A DNA stretch of 64,000 nt from Octopus vulgaris. Its lineage: Eukaryota. The DNA is taken from NCBI GenBank assembly GCA_951406725.2, contig OX597819.1:94488001-94552000 (forward strand), written 5' to 3'. The notes beneath the pieces are model-generated. The model did no database searches, was not told where the DNA came from, and saw nothing but the letters and a program-made list of their open reading frames with translations. Position numbers and translations under genes: made by a program. Each line of letters opens with the position of its first letter. Position 1 is the first letter of the stretch. Shown here piece by piece: positions 28,014 through 39,490 of this stretch.

Positions 28014-28982
28014 GTCAGTATCTTCTTTTTTTTTTTCTCCTTCTGAAATTTATTCAGTCCTCAAAGAATCATTAAACCATAGAACTTTATAATTCTTTCT
28101 TTTCAAATGTTTAGATTTCCAAATTCTTGTTGTTGTTTATATTTTCAGTAAGGGGCTTGTTTTTAATGCTAAGAAATTGTCTAAGAAAATATTTACATCT
28201 GGGTTCAATGCCATGATTTTGGAAACTTTATTCAAATACATTTCTGTGCTGGTGGCACGTAAAAAGCACCAACCGATCATGGCTGTTGCTAGCCTCCCCT
28301 GGCACCTGTGCCAGTGGCACGTAAAAAGCACCCACTACACTCATGGAGTGGTTGGCGTTAGAAAGGGCATCCAGCTGTAGAAACACTGCCAGATCAGACT
28401 GGAGCCTGGTGCAGCCTCCTGGCTTCCCAGACCCAGTCGAACCGTCCAACCCATGCTAACATGGAAAACGGACATTAAACGATGATGATGATGATGATGA
28501 TTTCTCTCTTAAATTCTCCTTCATTATCTTTATATTAAATTTAAAAAATCTATCTGTTATCATTTACTAATTTCAGTCATTGAATTGCAACCATGATGGG
28601 GTACTGCCTTGAAGGGCATATTTGAACAAATCAACCCCAGTACTCATTTTTATTAGTCTATTACTTATATTGGCCTCTTTTGCTGAATTGCAAAGTTACA
28701 GGGATGTAAAGAAACCAACACCTGTTGTTGAACACTGGTGAGATAAATACAAAGATACACACACAAAATATTATTAACTTTCTTTTATCTTTTACTAGTT
28801 TCAGTCATTAGACTGCAAGCATGCTGGAGCATCATTTTGAATAATTTTTATTTGAATGAATAGCTCCCAATACTTATTTTTTTTTAACCTGGTACTTTTT
28901 CTGTCAGTCTATTTTGCTGAACTGCTAAGTTATGGTGATATAATCAAACCAACACCAGTTGTCAAGCAGTGGTATGGGACAT

Positions 28983-29025
<43 letters not shown>

Positions 29026-29920
29026 CTACACTCATGGAGTGGTTGGTGTTAGGAAGGGCATCCAGCCGTAGAAACATTGCCAGATCAAACTGGGCCTGGT
29101 GCAGCCTTCTGGCTTCCCAGACCCCAGTTGAACCATCCAACCCATGCTAGCATGGAAAGCGGACGCTAAACGATGATGATGATGATGATGATGATATATG
29201 ATAAGATTCTTTCAGTTTCTGGATACCATATCTACTTGCAAGGCTTTGGTTGACCCAAGGCTATAATAGAAGTCACTTGCCCAAGGTGTTATGCAGTGGA
29301 CTGAACTATGTGGTTGGGAAGCAAACTTCTTGACACACAGCCACATCTGCTCCTGTAAATATGGATGTGTGTGTGTGCTGGTGGCACATAAAAGGGCACC
29401 ATTCGAGTGTGATCGTTACCAACACCGTCTTACTGGCACTTGTGCCGGTGGCATGTGTAAAAAGATTCGAGCGAGGTCATTGCCAGTATCGCCTGACTGG
29501 CTCTGTGCCGGTGGCATGTAAAAAGCACCCACTACACTCTCGGAGTGATTGGCATTAGGAAGGGCATCCAGCTGTAGAAACCATGCCAGATCAAAATTGG
29601 AGTCTGGTGTGGCCATCTGGTTCACCAGCCCTCAGTCAAAATCGTCCAAAGTGGACGTTAAACGATGATGATGATGATGATGATGATGATATACATACAC
29701 ACACACACACATATACATGTTCCATCTACCAAATTCACTCACAAGGCATTGGTTGGCTCAGAGCTATAATTTAAGACACTTGCCTAAGGTGCTGCACAGT
29801 GGGACTGAACCCAAGACCATATGGTTAATGCTGTAGACTGTAGAGGTGTGCTGTTGTTTTTTTTCACATTTAAAATAAATTGTTGATGAACATATATGTG
29901 TACACATGTATTTGAGTACA

Positions 29921-29959
<39 letters not shown>

Positions 29960-30251
29960 GCCATTGCCAGCCTCGCCTGGCACGTAAAAAGCACCCACTA
30001 CACTCTCGGAGTGGTTGGCGTTAGGAAGGGCATCCAGCTGTAAAAACACTGCCAGATCAGACTGGGCCTGGTGCAGCCTTCTGGCTTCCCAGATCCCCGG
30101 TCGAACCGTCCAACCCATGCTAGCATGGAGAACGGACGTTAAATGATGATGATATGAGAGAGAGAGAGAGAGAGATACATTCATTTATTTGCATACATTT
30201 TTTTTATATATCTTTCCTAAATGAAAGTAATAATTTCAAATTTTTCTGTAG

Positions 30252-30303
30252 ATGATGATATTCATTCTTCACTTGAGGAAATTGTGCCTGAAGTTCGTAG
30301 AAG
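30252..30303 (+). CDS. ABCC1: ABCC1-like small linker exon (52 nt)
   Basis: ctgtag|AT GAT..AGA AG|gtaaag. Translates (D)DDIHSSLEEIVPEVRR(R). It bridges the phase-1 donor at 28013 to the phase-2 acceptor at 31626. The linker is poorly conserved, so support is splice signals and phase only. Confidence 0.75.
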
Positions 30304-30364
30304 GTAAAGTCTATGCTGCTATTTCTGTATTTGTTCTCTTGGCTTCAGCTTCCAGTCCTCCTGT

Positions 30365-30920
30365 GCTACTCTTGCACATCCATTCCACATAATGTTGACT
30401 ATTTTCAGGTCATCTTATAATGTCCACTACCATGTGTTTTTATACTGTTCTCTTTATGCCTGCCATCAGGTAGTGCCCAAGTCACAGCTGTTTTTGAGTG
30501 TTGCTGATCAGCTGGGTGAAGAATGTGTCCAGCCAGGTGGAATCGGTGCTCTGTTACAATCTTTTGTATGAACTCTTCTCAGAATTCCCTCATTAGTAAC
30601 AGTCCCACCAGTAGCATCGTTTGTAACACAGTCCCACTTGTAGCCTCAAAAGTACCACAGAAAGATCCTGTGGCACCATTGATGAAATACATTAAATTTT
30701 CTTTCCGTCCATATTGTGCTCTTCTAAGTCTCACTGGCATAGAGCAAAGGGGTTATACAGATGAAATTACTGGTCATTGCTGATGTTTGAGGCTGCCCAG
30801 ATGGAATACATATGCTGGAACACTGCTACTGCCTTTCCAATCCTGTAGTCTGTCAAGTTCCACATTACTAGTGCTACTTACAACACTGCCCAGATTGGTG
30901 AATTGGTTCACTTCTGTCTA
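30365..30920 (-). mobile_element. Decayed RTE-like LINE fragment
   Basis: The minus strand has remnants resembling E.NQFTNLGS, RIGKA and RFHLAGH(I), as in an RTE C-terminal region. Confidence 0.5.
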
Positions 30921-31557
30921 GTATTTGCTTTCACCCATCCATCTACTGACTTATGTAAATTAGTGGGCTGTTTAGTGTACATTGTAGATTAGTCACTATT
31001 TCTCTTACTCCACATGCTTGTTTTAAAGGTTACATCTCTAATACTTTGTTGTTAAGAATCTATATGTTGGATGAAGATTCATAGAGGTATATCTGTTGAA
31101 GTCCGTTCAACATATCCCAGCAAGTCTTTTTCTTAATGCTAACTAGGGCACTCTTATATGGTTGTATGTCATGTTAGGAATGTTAGCCAATCTCCCTCAA
31201 AACGCACTCAACTATTTTTAAAATAAAAGAAGACTCGGATGGAAATGTTAGTTAAACTAGTTTGAGATAAAATACATCTTTTATATTTTACTTGCTTCGG
31301 TCATTGGATTGTGGCCATATTACAGCACCACCTTGAAGGATTTAGTCAAACAACTTGACCCCAGTACTTATTTTTTTAAAGTCTGGTACTTATTTTATCA
31401 GTCTCTTTTGCTGAAGAGCTAAGTTACAGAGGTATAAACAAGCCAACACTGGTTGTCAAGTGGTGGTGGAGGGTAAGCACATACACAGACACACATATAT
31501 GTGATGGGCATCCACTGTATCTGTGTACCAAATTCACTCACAAGCTTTGTGTGTGTA

Positions 31558-31615
<58 letters not shown>

Positions 31616-31625
31616 TACTTTTCAG

Positions 31626-31764
31626 ATGGCATGGTCAAGAGGATGGGAAAATGGGCTCACCAGTGATGTCTTTGAAATCAGAGAATGCCTTTGAACTTGC
31701 TGAAAAAGACCAGTCTACTCCAAAAGATAAATTAATCGAGAAAGAAGCAACAATGACAGGAAAT
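31626..31764 (+). CDS. ABCC1: ABCC1-like linker exon (139 nt)
   Basis: ttcag|A TGG..AAT|gtgagt. Translates WHGQEDGKMGSPVMSLKSENAFELAEKDQSTPKDKLIEKEATMTGN. KLIEKE...TG is the conserved pre-TMD2 motif. Confidence 0.88.
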
Positions 31765-32561
31765 GTGAGTCGCATATTTTTTCTTTCCTCTCAGTGGTCA
31801 AGATTGAAGCATGCTGAAAATTTAAATTTACTATATAAATACACATTTTCACAGGCCAAAATATTTTGATGTAGATATGAATGTAACTTCAATGCAGTAT
31901 CATTAAAGAAGTTTTGTTTTTTATAACGGTGAAACAAAACCTAACTAGTTGTAACCTTAAGCAGACCTGTTGCAAGATATTTATTGGTTCAGGACAACAT
32001 AAAATGCCATCTAGTCATGTTGCTTTGATAGAATAACAAAGATGATATTGCACATTGTGTAGTGTTCATCATGAGGTGTGGAGGAATACCTCTTAAAAAA
32101 ATTTGAGGATTGAAGAGGGGTGGACAAATTGCCCATGTTTAATAAAATTAAGATGATTTTTAAACTTTGTAAACTTATCCAACACTATGGCAAAGAAAGA
32201 ATAACTATACAGATGCAATCTCTATTTTGTGTCTTCTTATAAATGAAGTGGAGTGGGTGGGGTTGCAGAACCACTAACTTAGCAGTTGTGGACTAAGGGT
32301 GGTGAAGAGGATATGCGCACACATGTGTGTATGTACACATATACATGACAGACTTCTATACAGTTTCTAGCTACCAAATTCACTCACAAGGCATGGGTCA
32401 GTTCAGAGCTATAGTAGAAGACACTTGCTCATGGTGCCATGCAGTGGAACTGCACCCAAGACTATGCGATTGCAAAGCAAACTTCTTAAGCATATAGTCA
32501 TCCTTGTGAAAGTTTCCTTCAATTTCTAATTAAAGATTTTCTGTTTTTTTCTTTCTTTCAG

Positions 32562-32784
32562 GTGAAATTGTCAGTGTTTTTAGCCTATGCTAAATTTGTC
32601 GGTGCCAAATTTATGTTAGTAACTTTAGTCACATTTTTCATGGTTGGTGCACTCAACATTTATTCAAACATTTGGCTCAGTGAATGGAGCAATGATGCCT
32701 TGCTTATTCCACAAAATGGTACAATTGACACTTCCCAAAGAGATTTGAGACTTAGTGTTTATGGTGTGTTGGGGATTAGCCAGA
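32562..32784 (+). CDS. ABCC1: ABCC1-like exon, start of TMD2 (223 nt)
   Basis: ttcag|GTG..CAG A|gtaagt. Translates VKLSVFLAYAKFVG...SNIWLSEWSND...RDLRLSVYGVLGISQ and ends in phase 1. Confidence 0.95.
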
Positions 32785-33792
32785 GTAAGTTTGAATTTTT
32801 TATTATTTCTCTTTCTTTTTTTCCATGTTAAAGACTGACAGCATCGATGGATAAAACAGAAATGTCTGTAAAGATATTGTTGTTCTCTTATTACATTTTA
32901 ATTTAGTTTTCCCCAAATATTTTAGTTTGATGTAAACAATAATTCTTGGTAGCTGTAAATATTGTTCATAAATTGGAATGGGAAGTTAAGACTCCTATTT
33001 CATGCAAAGACTTTCTTGGAAAGAAAATAAAAGGTCTCTCTTTCTCTCCCTCCCCCCTCTCTCTCTTTTTCTCTCACCCCAGCAAACAGCTTTGCTCAAA
33101 ATGTCAATATTCATAATTTCCAAAATTGTATGATCTTCACAAAATATTTTTTACTAGTGCGAAACATCACACTGTATGTAATTTTTCTGTTTAGTCAGAG
33201 AGAAAAGAACAGCCCTATGATCTCTGCTTTTTCAGAGTTTCTGAGACTGATTGTAAGAAAGGAGAAACTTAACCTCAAACTGGAGATGTCCAAATGCTTG
33301 CACCCAAGGACCAATCAGTGTTTAACTAGGCGACAGATTAAGTCTACTGTTTAAGGACTCAGAACACAAAAAACCAAAACATGTATTACAAAGGCCCTCA
33401 TCTGCTACTTTAGCAGTTTTGCTAATCTACCATCTTGGAATGGTACTTTATTTTATTGATCCCAAAAGGATGAAAGGCAAATATGATGTTAGTGACATAT
33501 GAACTCAGATTGCGGAAAACCAGAGCAAATACCACAAAGTATTTTGTTTTACACACTCTCAAGCAACTCTGCCAATTCACCAACTTAATATATTCATATA
33601 GCCAATTATTTTGAAACTGATTGTCAACAGTATATTTGTCATCTTATGGCACAGTTGGTTTACTTTATTTTTCTACATGATTCTACTACTGGTGGTAGGG
33701 GGGTTCTGGGTTTAAATTTTTTTTTTTTTTAATGTAAAAGAATGCTTGTGTTCCTGTTCATTCAAACAAGATTCATTCCTGTTCATTATTCC

Positions 33793-33818
33793 AGAAGAGT
33801 ATCTATCACATGTTTTCC
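33793..33818 (+). promoter_or_regulatory. Putative upstream docking element for mutually exclusive splicing
   Basis: AGAAGAGTATCTATCACATGTTTTCC is complementary to 38286-38311: about 23 bp in total, with 13 contiguous pairs including 2 G-U. Confidence 0.6.
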
Positions 33819-33994
33819 TCAGCAGCTTCCAATAGAGAATCTTAAATCTTTGTCAGCTACCTCTTTCATTAACAGAATTAATATCTGGGATTGCTCGATG
33901 TTGGCATATATTTTTAACTCTGTTCCCATTCTTGAACAGAAGAAATTCAATACTTCTTTTTATAAACTTTACTATGTTGTTTTATTTCTTGCAG

Positions 33995-34305
33995 GTATTG
34001 CAGTAGTGATAGCTGATCTGCTTTTATTTGTTGGTTGCCTACGAGCTGCAGGCTTCCTCCACGAAAACATACTTTCCAATGTTCTTTTCTCTCCAATGGC
34101 CTTCTTTGATCAGACACCTGTGGGCCGACTCCTCAATCGGTTTGGAAAGGATGTAGAAGTCCTGGATTTCCGTTTGGTTGAAAACATTGAATCGTGTATC
34201 ATGTGTTTACTCAGGATTGTTTCTGTACCCATCGTTATTATACTCAATACACCTATTTTTATAGTTGTCTGCATCCCTCTCTTCATCTTATACTTCATAG
34301 TTCAG
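33995..34305 (+). CDS. ABCC1: ABCC1-like alternative TMD2 exon, copy A (311 nt; about TM13-ICL3-TM14-TM15)
   Basis: gcag|GT ATT..CAG|gtttga. Translates IAVVIADLLLFVGCLRAAGFLHENILSNVLFSPMAFFDQTPVGRLLNRFGKDVEVLDFRLVENIESCIMCLLRIVSVPIVIILNTPIFIVVCIPLFILYFIVQ. Phase 1 in, phase 0 out. Confidence 0.93.
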
Positions 34306-34391
34306 GTTTGATAGCATTTTTTTGTATCTTTGAATTTTTCTAAAATTTATTCTTTAAAAAAAATATACTATTTTTTAAAAAATATGTATTG

Positions 34392-34411
34392 CATAGTTTA
34401 TCGTTGGAATT
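34392..34411 (+). promoter_or_regulatory. Putative selector element downstream of exon copy A
   Basis: CATAGTTTATCGTTGGAATT is complementary to 38770-38790: 11 contiguous bp, then 4 bp after a 1-nt bulge, extendable. Confidence 0.5.
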
Positions 34412-37400
34412 AGGTAGGCTTATTCCCCCCATTCAAAACAGTCTTTCTCTCTCTTGGTTTCACTCTATAAAATCTTATTTTATCAAAAATCCCATATGCA
34501 ATTTGTCACAAAATTGTAACACAAACTTTGTATTCTTAGTGGTCCAAAGTCTGCTCGTTTAGTTATGCACTAGATATACATGTCACAAAATGAAGATTTT
34601 ATTTTGTTAAATTACCTATATATTTTACCTGGACTAACAATCTTGCTAAACCGATTCCACTCATACCATCAATGTATATCACCACCTGTCACCAGTGTTT
34701 TTAAAACTAAATGTCCAAGTTTGTTTTACTACAACAACCACTTGTTTTTGTACAATTTTTAGAGATTTCAGCTTGAAGTTTAAACACCTTATCATAGCCT
34801 AGAGAGAAAATAATTTGCACATTTTTCCAGTATACTAATGGTAATTAAATTAAATAACAAAAGAAGAAATGAAAATATTATTTGTTGTGTAAATATCTCT
34901 TCCTATGTAGATATATATATATACCATTAGGAAAGAAAATGAAATAATAGGAATTAATTGTAATGCTATTTGCTTCTTTTCTCTTTCTCTCTGACAAGCA
35001 TGTTGCTTTATTTTAGTCATTAAATCATGCTATCCTTGCTGTTTTATGCTTGTCTTTAGTTTGATTTTTACTGTGAAAATTAACTCACTTTATCAGTAAT
35101 TCACACTTATATTTTCATTTAATTACAAATGGAATTGTGAGGATGGTAGCTTTTAGAAAATTAGAATTACTTAAGATTTATTTTTTTATCTGATCCCTTA
35201 TCATTGTTCCTTTTATGTAATTTAATGAAAATTTTCAGGTCTTAAAAGATACTGTAGTTAAATATCTTCATCAGAACACCAGAAACTTGGGGTTTATTTG
35301 TTGTTATTCACTTATGAACACCAAATTATTAAAACTTTAATAAAGCATTACTGCTTTATGTCCTTATGATATTTCAAAAATCCTATTAGACATGGATTTG
35401 TTGTCGAGTCACCAATATAGCCAGATTTACTTTCTATATCAATAGCAGTTTTAAGTCTCTCATCATTTAACAGCCTTTTTCCTTGCTGGCATGAGTTGGA
35501 CAATATGACAGTATTTGAAGCTTTTGTAAATCACTGAGAATGTTTCAAAATTGTGCATCTTTTATTGATAATTAATGTAGTCCAATTAATATGAAGCACA
35601 TATTCATTTTTAAGAAAAGCTTATTAACGACTCAAGCATAACTATTTTTGTAGTATTTTTTATAGTTTGCTAGTATTTTTTCTAAGATTATGGCGAAGAG
35701 AAGAGAGGATTGCAATCATATCATCTAAATTGAGTTTTACCATTTCTTTCTACAGCAATAGTAGTATCACTTTTTTTTCCACCTCTCTGTTTTAGCACCC
35801 ACACATACATTCTGTATCATCAAGCACATTTTACATTAGCTATTAAGTTGTCTTTTGGTTTCATTTCCAGTAAAATCTAAGCATTTTTTTTGTTCCATCA
35901 CTTGCACTTTTGATGTGATATAACTACACTGTCTGTTGTCTTCAATTAATGTTTGACTCAATAACAAACAGCTTTCAGCTTTGACCCTTTAGCATTCAAA
36001 CCAGCCATATCCAGCCCAAATATTCTACCTGTTTTATATTCAAACTGGCCTTATCTGCCGCTCACCCTTACCCTACAATGTCATTCTAAAAATATACAAA
36101 CATAATGAAACCTCAGAGCTGTGAGATAATGCATGATTACTTCAAAATAATGTGAATAAATAAGCATTACATTTAACAGAGTAATCTGAATGCCAGGGGG
36201 TCAAACTGCAATGACACTTAAAGCCTTGTTTATAAACATTAATTAATGAAGCTTTATATAAGTAGTTATATGCTTTCTTTGACTTTTACTTTTCTCTTCT
36301 TTTTTTTTTAATTCTTTCTCCCTCTTTAGGAGCAATTACTAATTTGTACTTTTAATATAATTACTTATCTTTTCCTATAACAGATCTCTTGGAATATCTA
36401 CATTTTCTTCTCTTAATAACCAGTGCTTCTAATTCTCTCTCCTCTTTGCAGCATGTGATATACATACATATATATATCCCATTAAGCAATTTTCTTTAGT
36501 TTTATTTTATTTGTATGTTAAATTGTATTGACTTTTTATTCTTTTATATTTTCATGTTTTATTTCTTATTAACATTTTTATGTTTTTTAAATTTTAGTTT
36601 TATTTCTCTTTTATTTGTTTTTTGTTTATTTCTTTCAGTTTTCAGTTTTTTTCTTTTTTTATATATTTTGTTTGCATTATCTTTAAATAATAATAATAAC
36701 AATAATGATAATAATAATGGCAATAATAATGATAAACTTTTCTAAACATTAAGTTAGTTCAGCTTATATATATATATATAGACAGAAGTCAACTCATGGC
36801 TAAGACAACTTCCTAAGTAATTCTGTGCAAACGTTCTGGGAGCCCAAGAAATTTCTGTGCATAAATTTGTATTAAATGGATAAAGAATGGCATAGCATTG
36901 AACCCACTTTTCAGCATAATCAGTTCTAAAACTAGTGGCACAACAGAGGCTGAGATAACCAGAAACCAACTGCACTTCAGGTTTTTTTAATATGTGTTTA
37001 CCTTCTAGAAGGAAGTTCCTACAACTAGGAATCCTTCGTTCCCAGTGGTTTACATGCTAATTAACTCTGAGCTGGGACCCTAGCAGATGTTACTCAGGGT
37101 CAGAGTAGACCTGGAAACAATAATGGCTAGGAGGTGGTTTCACACTCACTCAAACCCTAGAACTCCAGTTCCAGGGTTCCACTACTAAGTCATACCCAGT
37201 GGTGGGAGGACACTAAAATAATAGTGTTTATTAATTCTCTTCCTTTTTATAATTTAGATGATAATGATTACTATCATAAAAAGATGTTTAGCCTATTATA
37301 TTCTAAGCGCTTAAAGTAGTAGATTATGCATTCAAAACTAACCGCTGCTAGTATGCTATTCCCTTGGATAATGCATATTTCTAATTAAATAAACTAATTA

Positions 37401-38285
37401 AAATGATAACAGGCTAGATTCAAATTAGCACCATTCATTTCCAAATTAAGAGCAATAACACCCTTAACCACAAAAATCATTGATGCATAAGCACATAATT
37501 ATCCTTACATTAGAAATTAAAGTTTCCTTTCTCAAAACCCATATAGTGCTATGTACAAACCTAGGAATCATACATCTGATGATAATCAGTTATTGAAACC
37601 TAGGATAGATTATTAGTATCATGGCAAACATTATTAGTCTGGAAATTGCGTAATCATATTAACAATGCATATCAGGCATTTAAACAGTTAAGTATTCTAA
37701 AAGTTTCTGCAATCTAAACCTGCTAAAAGGGAGAAAATAATAAACTAAAATTGTGCTAAAATAATAATGCCACACAACCTTTTCAACTGTTGTAATATCA
37801 CAGAAAATTTACAAGAAAAAATTTAATACAAATGAAAATATATTAACCTACTCCTTCTTCTCATTTGCATCATTATCATTCTAAGTCTTAAATCTACGAC
37901 TGCATGCCAGGACAGATTGTACACTGATTGTACACTGTATACTTAATGGCTACCATATTTGCCTGTGCTGGCTCTTTTGCATATTTGGTTGTGTTTCTGA
38001 AGTTTTACCTGGAGACTTTACAAGTAGATGCCCTTATTTAGTGGGGCATGCTAAGTTATGTTTGCCATGATACTTTCAGCAGAACCTCTTCATTAACCTA
38101 AGAGATATCTTCACTCCATATCAACTTCAGTCCCCTACCATAAAAAACAAAATAAGTAAATAAACCAAGTGTGTTTCTTATGGAAACCAATAAAAGAAAA
38201 ATTTGAATTATAAAAATTGTTTTAAGAGTAATATTTTACTTAATTTTATTAATTCTTAACAATTTTATTCACTTTTATCAAACTC

Positions 38286-38311
38286 GGAGTAAACATGATA
38301 GATATTTTACT
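38286..38311 (+). promoter_or_regulatory. Putative selector element upstream of exon copy B
   Basis: GGAGTAAACATGATAGATATTTTACT pairs with 33793-33818. It abuts the branch-point-like TACTTAAT at 38308-38315. Confidence 0.6.
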
Positions 38312-38387
38312 TAATTTTTACTTTGTTGTTTTTTAAATTTTTTTAGTATTTTTATTTTATTTTGTTCTTTATTGTTTTGTTATGCAG

Positions 38388-38698
38388 ATGCGATGAGCAT
38401 GATAGCTGCACTCTTAATGGCTTACTCTGGTATGCACGCTTCATGTGGTGTGTTTGATAAACTGCTTGAAAACATCTTGCACCTTCCTATATCTGCTTTC
38501 GATGCTATTCCAGTCGGCCGAATTATAAATCGCTTCTCATTTGACATGGATGATGTTGACAATGTCATTCCGTTTACTATTCGCTCCATGCTAAATACAA
38601 TAATAACGGGTGCTTTCACTTTTCTAATCCTCTCTATAAATACTCCTCTTGTCATTTCAATTGTGCCTATTGTAGGCATAATGTTCATATATGTCAAG
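38388..38698 (+). CDS. ABCC1: ABCC1-like alternative TMD2 exon, copy B (311 nt; paralog of 33995-34305)
   Basis: Long pyrimidine tract, gcag|AT GCG..AAG|gtaact. Translates AMSMIAALLMAYSGMHASCGVFDKLLENILHLPISAFDAIPVGRIINRFSFDMDDVDNVIPFTIRSMLNTIITGAFTFLILSINTPLVISIVPIVGIMFIYVK. Same length and phases as copy A, no stops. Confidence 0.9.
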
Positions 38699-38769
38699 GT
38701 AACTATATACTTGTATTACATTTTAATTAAAAATGTATTTCTTAAAGATTGTGCTTATATGTATATACA

Positions 38770-38790
38770 AGTTCCAATGAAAACATAATG
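38770..38790 (+). promoter_or_regulatory. Putative downstream docking element after exon copy B
   Basis: AGTTCCAATGAAAACATAATG pairs with 34392-34411. Confidence 0.5.
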
Positions 38791-39189
38791 AAGTTTAAAA
38801 ATTATGGTTTATGCATAAAATAAATTTAGAACCACAGTATTAATTATAGTCTAATGGTATCAGAAAACTCAGTTTAGCTACTTTAAAACAGTTGCTAGTT
38901 TGTTTTTTTTTTAATTCATTGCCTTCTTATTTGCTGAAAATAAATCTACAGAAATATTAAACCAGCATTGAAACTTTGAGATTATAGAGGTTTCTACAAA
39001 TATTACATAATATATTTTAAACCAGAGAACTAATTTTAGCTTTATAATGTTAAAGAATTAAGCTCTAGGATGTGAGTGTTCTATATCCTTTCCATTAAAT
39101 CAATACATGAGAAGAAAATAACAATCAGTTATATATATATATCTTAGCTGCTTTCTTGTATATGAGCAAAACCATTGCCAGAAAGAATC

Positions 39190-39490
39190 ACTGAAATGAG
39201 TCATTGTTGATGTAATGTGAGGCCCTCCTATGACTTGAGCCCAGCAAAAGATTTGCACATTCTATTGCACAATGCACAGCAGTGCTGGCTGGCAGAAGGA
39301 ACAGGTGCCATAGTATGAACTCCTTTGACATGCCTTTTCAATCCTCCAACTGAGAGGCACACCTTTTCGCAGGTTGCACATGTTCTGTTGTGCACAATAG
39401 CCATATCACAATTTACCATGAGTCAATTTTTGTGAGCTCTTTGATGGCTGACCAGGCCCACATTACTCAAGCACCTCTCTTCTCTTAATC
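39190..39490 (-). mobile_element. LINE 3' fragment with paired C2H2-like zinc fingers (similar decayed fragment at about 42400-43010)
   Basis: CATCEKVCLSVGGLKRHVKGVH..CALCNRMCKSFAGLKS, then a stop. It is isolated in an intron with no exon structure and resembles the C-terminal finger of RTE-like LINEs. Confidence 0.5.

Noticed and set aside
33776-33959. Local selector for exon A pairing with the upstream docking region (e.g. TTCCTGTTCA with TGAACAGAA, AAGAGTAT with ATACTTCTT)
   Set aside because: Only 7-9 bp with bulges in AT-rich sequence, indistinguishable from chance without conservation data.
38388-38698. Exon B as a pseudo-exon or part of a separate nested gene
   Set aside because: It keeps the exact length, phase, splice sites and open frame despite about 73% protein divergence, and no other duplicated ABCC exons accompany it.
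39228-39419. Antisense host C2H2 zinc-finger gene
   Set aside because: It is short, has a stop at the end of the second finger, and lacks TGEKP linkers and exon structure. A LINE C-terminal remnant explains it better.
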